Assembly (NCBI RefSeq): GCF_006345805.1
Contig: NC_043000.1
Span: 43,462,001 to 43,526,000 of the forward strand
Length of the DNA stretch: 64,000 nucleotides
Direction: 5' to 3'
Origin: Octopus sinensis
Lineage: Eukaryota
Shown: one piece after another, positions 12,181-24,876 of the stretch
How positions within the stretch are numbered: position 1 is the stretch's first letter
How the letters are laid out: each line of letters begins with the position of its first letter
Notes under the pieces: generated by a model
What the model saw: only the letters and a program-made list of their open reading frames with translations
Told to the model about the DNA's origin: nothing
Database searches by the model: none
Translations under genes and position numbers: made by a program

Positions 12181-12480
12181 AAGGCTACCAGAATCGTTAG
12201 CGTGTCGGGTAAAATGTTTAACGGCACGTCGTGTGCGTTTACGTTTTGAGTTTAAATGGCGCCGTGATCGACATTGCCATTCACTCTTTCGGAATCGATA
12301 AAATAACAACTAATCGAAACCTGGGGTCGATGTATTTGACTTGCTCATTTCCTCGCAAAATTGCTTGCCTGGTACCAAAATTTGAATCTATAAGTCGGTG
12401 CACTGGCAAGTTCAATAGCATGCCGGACAAAATATTTAGTGGCATTTTCTGGGTATTTACGTTCTGTGTTCTAAATCCAA
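12181..12480 (+). mobile_element. SINE family B copy plus a second partial head
   Basis: Similar to the reverse complement of 12955-13170 (ttcactctttcggaatcgataaaataa...ctggggtcgatgta...accaaaatttgaa). Confidence 0.7.
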
Positions 12481-12954
12481 TAATCTAGTTTTTTAAACAA
12501 GTGATTTCCCATAAGGTACAAGAATTAAATTCTGTCGACAATTAAATCATCATCTCTTAAAATTATGACCTGTTCCGTTTGCTAAATATGACAGCAGGTA
12601 TTTGTTTTGTTTCTCACATACAGAATGAAAGATTTATCTTTTAACACAGCAAATTCGTTAAACATAGAATATTCTTCTTCTTTTTTATAGTAAATGGTTT
12701 CAATTTTCGGTAGCTGAACAATGCGTTGTTTGCCTCAATCTTAAAAAGGAGAAAGGAAAATAATGGTCATGTTTTCACTTGTATCAATAGCTAACAGATC
12801 ATCCCATAATTAATGTCCGAAATATCAAATATCCAATACATAATTTCTATCAAATTTTACAGTACTCTAAAATGTCATATCATATTGATTGATACTCATA
12901 TGAATTTGGTAACCTTCGACTTAATAAATTTTCTTTTTTAATTAATTACTAACA

Positions 12955-13171
12955 TTGGTTTCAAATGTTGGAACGAGGTCACAAGTTTCGGAGGATGAGA
13001 AAAGTCGGTTACATCGAACTCATGACTCAAGTGGTCCTTATTTTATCGATCTCGAGAGGATGAAAGGCAAAGTCAGCCTCGGCGGAATTTGAACGCAGAA
13101 CGTCAAGACGGATGAAATGCCAGCAATCATTTTATCCGGCGCATTAACAATTCTGCTAGCTCGTTGCCTTA
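12955..13171 (-). mobile_element. SINE family B, near full length
   Basis: Minus strand has a tRNA-like head with B-box-like GTTCAAATTCC, then tttcatcctctcgagatcgataaaataag; homologous copies at 12181 and 60918. Confidence 0.75.
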
Positions 13172-13194
13172 GAATTAATTACTAATATTTACCC

Positions 13195-14262
13195 GTCAAA
13201 TATGGATGTATCGGAGAATTTGAAGAACACAATTCTTTACGATTTAAAAAAATGGAAACGGTGCAGCATAAGCAACCTGGAATATTCATTCTGTTTGGTG
13301 GAAGGGTGCTTGAACGAAAGAAATTGAGGAAGATTGTTTGCAAAGTTCAAAAATGGTTATTTCAGCCTATGAGAGAGACCACGAATGATGTGATTCTTTT
13401 GCAGAATTTGAGTGCTGTAGCAGTGGAAGTATTAGCAGGCAAGCTCGATTCAAGCCATTCAACTGTTCAGTGCCATCTTCAAAAGATTTGAAAGTTGCCT
13501 AAACACGGAAAGTAGGCTCCCCAAGATTTCACAGAAACCAACCAAAAATCACGAGCAGTCATCTGTTCATTTCATCCCTGTCGAACATACATCACCATTT
13601 TTGGATTTGTGATTTGTGAGGAAAAATGGAACTTTTACGAAAATGTCAAACGACCGAAGCAATAGCTTATTTGTGGAGGACAGACTAAAATACAACCTCA
13701 AAACTAGCTCAATGCAGAGACGGTTCTTCATTATGTTTGGTGGGATTGCACTGGAGACATCTACTTTGAGCCACTATCAACTAATGCAACAGTTACCGCT
13801 TACATCCGGTTGCCAACAATTAGAGCGTTTGGATACTGCTTTGAAGGGAAAATGCCTACTTTGGAGAATTGTAAGGTAGTGGGGTTTCGTCATGATAATA
13901 GAAGTCCCCACACAGCAAAGATTACACCAGAAAAAATCGAAGAATTTAGCTGGAAAACAAATCTCCCACTCACCTCATTCTCCCAATCTCGTTACTTCAG
14001 ATTGCCATTCGTTTGGAAGCTTACAGAATGATTAAGATGGATTATTACTCAAAAATCCGCAAATGAGGTCGAAACTGACCTCGTTTCTTCTCAGCAAAAC
14101 CAAAAGAGTTTTTTACCATTGGAATTAAAACACTGATGAACAGGGTAGCAAGTTATAAATAATGATGGGAATTCTATACAGGACTAAATTTTAATATGTA
14201 AAATTAGATTACGATTTTTCCTTACCCAAATACGGCACAAAGTTTGCATATTTAACTAAATA
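13195..14262 (+). mobile_element. Near full-length decayed mariner element
   Basis: Across frameshifts: EVLAGKLDSSHSTVQCHLQKI, VICEEKWNFYEN, VWWDCTG, FRHDNRSPHTAKIT, PHSPNLVTSDCHSF. Confidence 0.85.
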
Positions 14263-15739
14263 ATTTAATTAGCTAACACACTCCATTTCCTATGTAACTT
14301 TTACTGTAATAATGAAATTCAAAATCAAGAAGCTCTGCAGCAAAAATTATCCAGAATGCCGTGAATTTTGCAGAACAGACGGAAATGTGAGTTCAGAAAG
14401 TTAAATTTTGCTAAGAACAATAAATTTCTATATTATGAAGCAAAAAGCAAACAAACAAAGATAAAGTTGGTTAGAAAAAATATATGCGGCAACAAAGAAA
14501 TATCTTTTGAAAACATAGTCATTATTTATAGCTACTACTGTGTTTGTGGTATATATATAAAAAAAATACCCATATTAGTGTATTCATCAACTAAAAAGTG
14601 TCTTCTAAAAGAAATAACTTCAGTTCATATATTCCATATTTTGTTATTATTATATTTATTAATTATAGTGTATAATGCACTAAATAATGTTCAGTCTACG
14701 AGTGCGGCCCACATCAAATTATTATCATTGCTTGCAGCCTCTTATCAAAAATATGTGCCCGTTCCCTGAAGTAAATCGAATTTATAGAGATAATACGTTA
14801 GTTTCTCTATATGTTTCTTGCATCATTTTTATCCTGAATGCTAATGGTATCAAATCTAACATACATTTAGAAGTATATTTGAATAGATACTTACATGGTG
14901 AATATAGTTATTTAATAATTATATATTACAGTAATAGGAAGGTTATTTTAACCACAAAAAATTGGGTTCCTTTGGCATCTATTACTTTAAACTTCGACAT
15001 AAAATTGCAAAGATTGAGTTTGAATTGTATTTTTTTTGCCAAATTTTATTCTTTTAAATGTAACATAAACAAAAAAAAAATTGGTTTCAATTACATTTGC
15101 AAAGTTCTGCGCAAAATCTCTAGCCATGTCGAATCCAATCATATTAAGTTTTCTGCGCATAATCCTTCTGTGTAGAGATATTGAAGATACTCTTAAATAA
15201 ATTAGCCTTAAATAGTTTTTATCTGTTGACAGAATGATGCATAGCGCCCATAAATAAAGATACAACACTATTAGTTGCAAGCAGTGTGAGAAAATACAGC
15301 TTACGCAATACGCTTTTAATGGAATTACATATTATAGGCTGGAATTCCAGTAGTTGATGAGCCAGGAACAAATTCAGTGTTCAATTAATTAAACATTATT
15401 CCGGTACAATGGACACGGGTATTTTCATTAAATCAACAACTTAACAGTTTAGAAAGAAAAATTAAATCATTTTTATTTTTAGCTTTCCATATTCAATCAA
15501 TTTAATTTCTAGATATTGATATATAGCTACATACTTAGTGTACATCAGATTTATCGCATAGATAACTTACTTTAGTGCGACCTGAATTGTTCTGCTTCTG
15601 TTAGTGCTAAAAGCACTTGGTATAATAAGTGTATATTCAATAATAATCCAAGATTAGGAGGAGGTTTTTGGCGTTTCGTGAGACGGCGCTCTCTCGTAGA
15701 ATTTCTAACTGTTTGCACAAATCCTTGAACTCACTAATG

Positions 15740-16816
15740 CCCTTCGAAAACAAGAATCAACCTCAAAACTTCTACCATGATACATAATGTTTTTTTTTCT
15801 GACTGTATAATATAAAAATCATCGTGACTTTCAAGTTTCTTTAAGAAACTTTTACTGATGATCATCACTAAGTTTAGTCGCCATAGTTGTTTTGCACGAA
15901 TATTATAATTTTCTTGAACGTGACCCTTTGCTTCTTTAACCAAAGTTCAAAGTGATCCTTCAGAAATGTTATGTAAGCGTTTGCAGTTATTTTAGCACGG
16001 CACTTTCTGAGGACCAACTATAATATTTCGAATAAACTTGTTCAAATTATGATGCTGCCTCCCACTTATTGGCGGCTCAGGCGTTGATGATGATCTCCTC
16101 CATTTACAACCCATCCCTTGCTCCAGCCTTCAGGTCCATTAAGGGTAACATGAGCTTCGCCCGTAAAGAAAACTGTTGACAATCGACATTCATGTTATCT
16201 TCTACCTATTTCAGACGATTATGTCTGTATATTTTGCATATAGGCGGCCTTATAAATGGTTTTACTGTTTTATCGACCTGTTTCAGACGACGACATCGGG
16301 TAGTTTTTGACAGTTCTTTCGCCAATGCGCTTGAAAAATTATGCACTTGTGAGAACTGGCTTCTTTACAGTTTCAAGCTTAATTCGTAGTAGGGTATGTT
16401 GAGAAACAACTCTTAACTGATCCTAATCGTGTCTCTGACGTACCATCGTAGGAGCTGTATCAATCGTTTTCACAGTTTGGTGATATCTTCGCTTTATTTT
16501 AGATATATCTAATGTTGATTTACCTTTTACAAGTTGAGAAGTAATAACACATTTCTCTGAAGCACTTAAGTCACATTTACGACCCATAATTACATGATTA
16601 CCAGACCATGTTTCTAATAATTTGCAACGCTGAAAGTTCGTTGAAATCATGCAAATAGCTACTGTTTGTTTACAATTGCGCCAAACCTCACATTTTTTAC
16701 TCACTACGTGCATGTAACTGTTGCCTTGTTTCTGTAGAAATTTCGTTAAAATCTTCCACAAGTGGATTTGAAATAAAATTTTTAAAATATCACATTAACA
16801 ATTTGAAACGCCGTAT
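15740..16816 (-). mobile_element. Decayed Tc1-like transposon
   Basis: MGRKCDLSASEKCVITSQLVKGKSTLDISK (paired-like HTH), then FTGEAHVTLNGPEGWSKGW (FSDE...LDGPDG-like); many stops. Confidence 0.75.
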
Positions 16817-16831
16817 AAATATATATATATA

Positions 16832-17344
16832 CTAGCAGTATCGCCCGGCGTTGCTCGGGTTTGTAAGGGAAATAACTATATAAGCATTTTGAGAGAGTTA
16901 CTTCCCTTATAGATGCCAATTCGGGCTTTCTTAGCCATTTCTGTTTTGGTGTCTTCAAGCCATGAAGTCGTTGTTCTAAAAGAACGCTGGTCTCCTTGAC
17001 AACGCTTTACGACGTTGATTTCCTTACACTCCCTTCCCCACAGCTTCACGAGGGAGGGAAGAAGGGGGAGAAGCAAACAGGTGCAGGTGTGACCATGGCC
17101 GCCAACTCCGCCGCCATCGACACACGAAAAATTATGTATTAAAATGGAATAAAAAATTATGTTAAATTATTTTTAAAATCGTAGACCCATCGTAGACGCG
17201 CGCTAATACTCAGACGGGCTCGATATGAATCACGACTATAAGATACCCGAATTTGGTTAAACTGCACCGCAAAATGTGGGAGTAGTTAGGAATCTAAATC
17301 GAAGGAGACAGACACTCACACAACTACAGTTTTATATATATAGA
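16832..17344 (-). mobile_element. Non-autonomous Helitron (513 bp)
   Basis: Minus strand starts TC (17344-17343), ends CTAG (16835-16832), has a GC hairpin CCCGAGCAACGCCGGG just before the end, and lies between A and T without a TSD. Confidence 0.85.
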
Positions 17345-20300
17345 TATATATATATAAATATATATATATATGGTGATCACATGACCAACCAGGCTATCCG
17401 ATGCAGTTACACATCACTAGTCACAATGCACTTTTACATTTATTAGCCTTCAAATGACACCACCCCACTGGCTAGGCGATTGGGCCAAAGGACTCGCTAT
17501 ATTCTAAATTTTCTATGGCACAGTAAGTAGAGAAACTTAAATATTGTTATACATATATGGTTTCTTCGACTAAATTTAACAAACATCTGTGAAATAAAGA
17601 TAATATACGTGACAACAATTTAGTTCATGATCTCGTACAAGTTTTATTAAAATATTAATGATAATAGTGCATTGTGACTTGTAATTTAAAATTTTTAATC
17701 AGTTCTATAATGGTTTACATTCATCTGCACGAAGTTCCAGCTTTTAAAAGTATGGGCATGGGAAATAAATGTACGTTTATGATTGTGCTTGAATAGTTTC
17801 ATGTATCGCTAAAGATATATATGTTCTTTTAAAATGCCCGTAATATATTTTCTATTTTTGGACGATATTCTTTCATTAAACGATGAATTTTGCGTTGCAG
17901 TTCTTAGCTCTCAACTCTTTATTTTCACATTCTCTTATATATATTAATGTGTGATTTGGTCTTAAGCGATGGCAACTTTGACCTGGTAGATAACAACATA
18001 ATCAATATTTTCACTAATAGCTTGAGTAGTGACAAAGATACTTATATAGGGTCAATGGAAAGTTGATAGAATCATGAAGAGTATCAAGCTCTCATAGAAT
18101 ACTTAAATATTCAATAGGATTAGTAATGCTACTGACTCAAATAGGTTTTATATTAGTTGTTTTATATTTGTCAATTTCTCAGAACTAATAATTCATTTTG
18201 TTATATATTTGTTATTAAAGTTGGATGAGCTTTTGAAGCAAAAATATATTTCAAAATATAGGTATTTTTTTCCGGCGATGTTTGAAGTGTACGACTGATA
18301 AAATAACATTTACATTATTACACACTGTGCCTAAATATAGTATCCTTCCGATTTGAGAAATTATTATATGACCTTTAAATATGATATGCTTTCTTCACGC
18401 TCCATATTGATACCATAGTGAGTTCCGATTAATCAATTCCATATAATATACGGTGAAATATAAAATACGAACTTAAAACCCATATCTGTGTACTCATTTT
18501 GAAATCATCATTGTTATCTGTAATCTGTATTTATGGAAAGAACACCACAACTTTATGATTTAATAAACGAAATAAAATATACTATTTCAAACGCTTTCTC
18601 TTGAATGTATATTAACTTTGATATATGATGTTTGTTAAAACAGACAAATTCTCTATAAAATGTCAATCTCTAAAGATCACGAAAGCGATGTGAACATAAA
18701 TATATAAATACATCACATATGCATCAAAAAGAAATACGTTGTTGATTTAGAATATAGAAATGCGAGGTAGTAACACGATGAATCCACTACACGAGGATTA
18801 TTCATGTAGAATGACATTCGTTGGTAATTTAAACCGCTTTCATATTTTGGTAATAAGCGCCCCAGATGTCTGTGAAAGTATGTCAAAAATAAACAAGATG
18901 TAATTTATATCATAGTTAGAATCATCCAGGAGTAGCGTAATTCTGATATTAACCCAGAACAAATGGAATTGTTTTATTTTTGTATGAGTTCGCATTCTTA
19001 TAAAAATAGTATTACCAAGAAAATTCGATCGAGAAGATGGGAATAGTGATGCAAAATTAATATCAGTAAAATTTAAACAGAAATCATGATAAATAAAATA
19101 TAGATCGAAGCAGAGAATAGGTAACATGAATTTAGTGTAGCAATTTTAAACAGAATGTATAGCATTGAAAATGATATTCTAAGATCAGATTAAAATAGAA
19201 AAAGAATAATTATGCACATTACCCATCAAATCTAAATTACGTTAGAACCGGAATCAATTGATCCAACTGTCTCGAGGACACAAGCTGTGAAGTGCACTAG
19301 AAGCCTTACATTAAATAATTGACAGCTTTTCACTTAAAACATCTATTACTAATATGATAGGAAATAAGAAAATAATACTGCAAGAATTATTTTGAACTAC
19401 CACATGACTTGATACCGTTTCTTATATTTCGTCAGCTATAAAATGTATATTTGTACATTGTTCAGTAGAAAACGAAATCACGAATATACTTTATTGCTTA
19501 CTATCATGGTATTTAGTAGTTCTAAATCCTGTTTATGATGTTTTTATACACATGTATACCTGTAGCACACACACACATGATACTAAGATGTTTTTCATAT
19601 ATAATGCTATTTTACTGACTGTCCCTGAGTAATTGTTAGCGATATATTGCGGCCTAAAAGTAAACACATTAAAAACGAATGTATGCATCTCCGTTAACCA
19701 TCTCGAACCAGTGTCGCCATCACGCTAGCAGAACACGCAGAGTTTGTAACGCATTAAGAGCATTGAATGTAGTACAGATATCCTTACTGGCACAATATTT
19801 GTTAAATTTAAAAATCATTTTATACAGCCTTTAATGAACTTGATTTACTTTTTTCTTTTGAATGCATGTATTCCTCGACACAGGTTATACTCGATACAGC
19901 GCTTCTGCAGTTTCATGATTCTCAGATTCTACAAGATCTCAATCAAATTTCGTTTGTTAACAAAACTCAAACGAATAAATTTTAACTGGTTAGTCTTTCA
20001 TAACATAGAGTATTCAGTTCCTCAGTGTCCAACGTGAAATGATAAGTATGGAATATTTGATATTAAAATGGTTGAATCAACAGAAACATGTGATAGATGT
20101 AACATCTTACACCTGAAATAATTTCCCAAACAACGGGTAAAACAATATAAAAAAGTATTTATAGGCACTAATTCCCAAGAAATACTTGCAATTCCCTAGG
20201 AAATTGAGCATGTTGGCTAATTAAAATACTTAATAAAATGTGCATTTTTGTGCACGTATCTAGGAAAGCTAGGTACTCAAAAATTACCCTTCGATCGTTG

Positions 20301-20689
20301 GAAAGAAATTAAAAGTTGTAGTTGATATAAGTGAAAACAAGACTATCTCTGATTTTGCAAAATATTCACAATATTCACACAGTCATTTTTTTCTAAAGTT
20401 ATATATTTCAAACGATATATTCTTGTCCGATCATAAGCATATTTCTTGAATCATCAGTAAACGAGTGCATCCAGTAAACAAAGTTTAGGTTCAGAATTTC
20501 ATTTCTTTACTAAAATAAACAATAAAATTTATTTGAAACTACGCAGACACACGTATTTTTTAGGAGATGCAGGGAATCGAAATTTAACGTTTTGAGAATT
20601 GCCAGGTGATTAAATTCTTCAATAAAATCTAAGTTATTAGAAATTTGCATGAAATGTAATGCCTATTTCTTTCAAATTTTTTACCTCGT

Positions 20690-20724
<35 letters not shown>

Positions 20725-21776
20725 ACACACACACACTCATACACACACATATACACACTATATGCATTTACATATGGGTCTATGTGTATATGTGTGTGTA
20801 TAAACTGTGTCTGAGACTGTGTTTTGCATCACAGTAGAAGTAAAAACGATTTATCAAGAAAGAAGAAATATATATATGTGTGAAATTTTATACGTACATA
20901 TAAAAGCATTTATCTTCAATATTTTCAAACAGACATGATATTAATGCAGTATTGACAATTGAAATATAAATATTGCACACAAATGTTTCAATTCATATAT
21001 ATTTTTTATCTTTATATTATCGATTTTTAACGATTGAATTTTAGATTTTTTTTGTTTGAATTTTAAAGTTAAGCCAGACAAACATGTAAGTGATAGATAA
21101 ATACAGGGGGATTTCAAAAGTAATATCAGTTATAAACATGTTTCATACTGGAAAATCTGATAAAATAATAAAACATGGATTCTTTTTTCTTTAGGTCGAT
21201 TATCCTAAAAAATACTTTACAAAATATTTAGAATTAAGATTTATATTACACGTATAAAGAAAACGACATGACTGCAGTTTGAAATTTAATTTGATTCTAC
21301 TAGATTTAGGTGTACAATACTATTATCGTACATCTGAAGGTGACAGTAGCTTTCCCTCTCATAATTCAAATTGCAGACAATGATTGAAATCTCCCAGATT
21401 TTTGGCATCTTACATTTCCTGACATAGATTTCGTTATCAAATAGATATTTTTATGTTTTTCAAAATACTTCAGATATTGACTTCAGAATGATTTAGCAGT
21501 ATTTTTTCAAAACTTGAAGCAGTACCATGCACATTTGTTCATTTGTTTTATCAGACGTTTATAAAATATTTATATGTAGTGACATCAACTTACTATCATT
21601 AACTGCAACATCAAGAACGTTTTCTGACCTCCTTATTGTTGCAATTTCTGTAGAAGAATATAGTAAATATTGAATCATAATTATCATGCATGTGATACTT
21701 GACATCATAAATCCTTAACTTTCTGCACTAATAATAACTTGCCACATGATTTTGATTAATGCTCAATATATATATA

Positions 21777-21821
<45 letters not shown>

Positions 21822-21832
21822 ATATATATATA

Positions 21833-23835
21833 GTCATTACTCTCTGTGCAAAGTAACAGTTCTAGAAAAAAAAACATTGGTTTCATATCTATCGTGAAGT
21901 AGACATATCTTCAATTTTACTAAACGATAACTGTTCTCTGCAAAGAAATATTTTTAAAAACACAAAAACGCCGGTGATAGTAGTTGAAGAAATTTTCCCT
22001 TGAAAAAATTATGGCGGGGCGTGTTCTCTTCCTTCGCTTGATATCTAGGTTTTCAACTGTGAAGTAAACATTTCTGAAAATATGGACAGCTCCCCACGGT
22101 TTCCGTCCTGGAGTTCAGGTAGCCTCCTTGCTCATATGAGTTTATAAGGATTATATATTTTCTGCCATGCACAATTTACATAGTCTTGTTCCATTGCGGT
22201 GGGGTCCACAAGTTTCTAGTAAATTCCACCTGATGCTAAAGAGCATATGATCGTATAGCTATGCTGCCTGCGTAGTTGTGTTTCGTTTCTCCAGGAACCT
22301 GAAATTTTAAATTTGGATTCACAAGATCAGATGTAAATTTTAGTGTGTGCCCATGCGTTAGCATTGATGTTACTGATATTTATGCGGCTACATTTGCTTA
22401 GTACTTGTAGCCTCAGTGTTGCATCGGCCATCCACTGAGCATTCGTTTCTAATCCTGCATGAACAGCTTGCCCATGTCTGTGGTTTAGGAGTGCTAAATA
22501 ATCTTTTAAATATTGGGTGCATAACTGAAAGATATCCCTAAATTAGGGAGAAGTGGGGAGCGAATCATAAGGTCTTGCAGTGGCGTTTCCTTTTATGGTT
22601 GCTCAATCCTGGTGTATATATATACGGTCCTTGAACTCGCTGGCCGCTACCGCCTTATTGCAAGCGGGATCCGCTGCGTCGAAAATATCTTTATTTGAAT
22701 ATAAGATCGAAAACCATTTATTTACCTTTTATTAGGCTTTTGAATAATATGGGTAGGTGGCAGGAGGCTGTATTAATGTATGATAGCCGATCATTCGTCT
22801 TGCAGTACGGTATGTAGGTGCCACTAACTAGATCAAACATGACATCCAAGAAGTTCACCACAGTGAGGTTGGTCTGTATGATGAGTTTAAAGCCAAGGTT
22901 TTTGAGAATGTGTATGATGTCTTTTCTAAGCCTATCTAATATATGGCCGTTAGCATCACTGGAGATGGCTAACGCATCATCTCTATATAAGCCGAATTAG
23001 ACAGAGGGGAATTTATTACCCAGGGTGTCCAGAATGTAAAACCCTATAAAGATCGCAAATACCAGTGCTGTCATGTGCCCCCATCACGACGTCGAAGGAG
23101 ATTTGATGGTCAATTCGTTTGACCCAGATTGAATCCTGGTTGAACAGTAGCGTTTTCCTAGGGGGCATAATTATATCTATTTCTCTATCACTTATGTCGG
23201 TAATTCGTCTGGCATATATTAATGCCCTATCAAGTAACATTTTCTATATCGATGGATAAAAGTCTACTATATCGAATTGTCTGAACTTAACTCTAAAAGT
23301 GTTCAAACCAGTGTAACACCTCGATTGTGTTACACCATGAAAAGAAGTTAGATGCCTTCTTTATGTCTTTATTAACCCTTCTTTGGATGTGTTTACTCAC
23401 CAGTCCGATTTCGGATTTGGCAGGGTTAATCAGGCGGCAGTTAAGGTTGGAAGCGAAGTTCAGTTTGTGATCCTTGATAGTTATAAAGGAATTACGTATA
23501 GCTAGTATTTCGACCCTCTCCGCGATGTCTAGGTCGCTGGCTATACGTTTAACCTCATTATAGATGTTATCATAGGTATGTGGTGCGGCCCGTCTATATT
23601 TTTATGTGATGTTTTTCTCTAAGATCCTGTTGTAGTGGTCATTATCTATCTTATGAAGGTTATTTGTCTTATCTGAAAGTAGTAGGGTTCTATCTTTATT
23701 CTTAAGGAGGTGTATATTGGATCTAAGTCTACGTTGTAAGGTTGATGAGGACTTAGGGTATCTAAGGCTTAGCATAATGCCCAGTAGGTCTGCTTCAAAA
23801 GCTTCGAGTTCTTTGATCTTCTAATTGAAAGTCTT
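21833..23835 (-). mobile_element. Penelope-like retroelement remnant (RT, C-terminal domain, 3' terminus)
   Basis: Minus-strand motifs SDKTNNL, TIKDHK, CRLINPAKSEIG, QFDIVDFYPS, FDVVMGAHDS, GLYRDDALA, VNFLDV, then CKLCMAE and LNSRTETVGSC; frameshifted; ends at (TA)n 21766-21832. Confidence 0.85.
21869..21918 (-). ncRNA. Hammerhead-like motif in the PLE 3' terminus
   Basis: Minus strand: AAAA-TTGAAGA-T-ATGTCTA cttcacga TAGATAT-GAAA-C caat G-TT-TTTT; 7-bp stem II, weak stem I, C3 replaced by U. Confidence 0.6.
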
Positions 23836-24029
23836 ATATAATTGAAAGTGCTATATATTGGTCTATAATGTCATCTTCGAAAACGCAACTATTTCTTCCG
23901 ATAAAAAATATATTTCATAGCATAGTCATACGTTTTACGCTAGCATAGATAGTTTCAGCTTATGAGAACTAACATCAATTTATCGCATAAATAATTAGAA
24001 GAAATGAATAGACAGATGGTACTTTTTTT

Positions 24030-24071
24030 ATTTACTACTTTCAGCTGGACAGCTGCAGCCATGCTGGAGCA
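24030..24071 (-). mobile_element. SINE/LINE 3' tail fragment
   Basis: Minus strand TGCTCCAGCATGGCTGCAGCTGTCCAGCTGAAAG matches the family A tail. Confidence 0.6.
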
Positions 24072-24876
24072 TTCATACAGGTTTTGTTACCCATTTACTA
24101 CTTGAAAACTCTTATGATGTGTTAAAAGGTGAGTGAGGGTGTGCGGTGTTGCTGCTCTCTCCTCAGTGTTTCATGCTGCGTGTTAGGTTTATCCGGAACT
24201 CTTGCGAGGAAGAAATTCGGTAATGGAAAAACATGTAACTGTTCGGTCGCCCAGGTGTATTTGTAAGGTGGAATTTGTTTACATTGTAATGTACATAAAT
24301 GCCGTGTAACGACCTAATATTTCCTCCTGGCTAATGTCTAAATCGGTATCACTGGTAATTTCAAACAGAGCTACACGGCTCACATGCATTCATTTTCAAA
24401 TGGAGAATATAAACTTTCCACGTACAACACCTCGAATCCCACGAATCCCAGAATATTCCCTATACCTTGTATTGATCTATAGTGTGTTGCGCTTCCTTGT
24501 ACAACACCAACCTATGTGTTTGTAAGGTGCGTTTCGGGAAATAGCTCGCTTTTCTTCTACAACATAATACTCCATTACTGAATAGGTTCTCATGTGCATA
24601 AAATTTATTCCACCTGCTTTCATTACGTAATGTCTTTATGATTTCTCATAATTGTGGTTAAAGTCTTACTTATTACTTAGCTATCATAGCAACACTTGCT
24701 CTCACTCTTATCCTTGTACTATTTTCTCTATCTCAGCGTGGATTCCTACTCTGCTACCCTCATCCATATTCTTTTCGTTCATTACTCATTCGTACCTATG
24801 TATTTATGAATTTATCAAGCTTCATTGTCTTCACCGCCATATCAGCTCCTCTGGAATTACTCTTACAGACAATCTT

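Noticed and set aside
14368-15280. ORFs of 97-162 aa
   Set aside because: AT-biased composition, overlapping frames and no recognisable motif.
23311-23335. 9-bp inverted repeat gtgtaacac/gtgttacac
   Set aside because: Lies within PLE RT coding sequence; short and plausibly chance.
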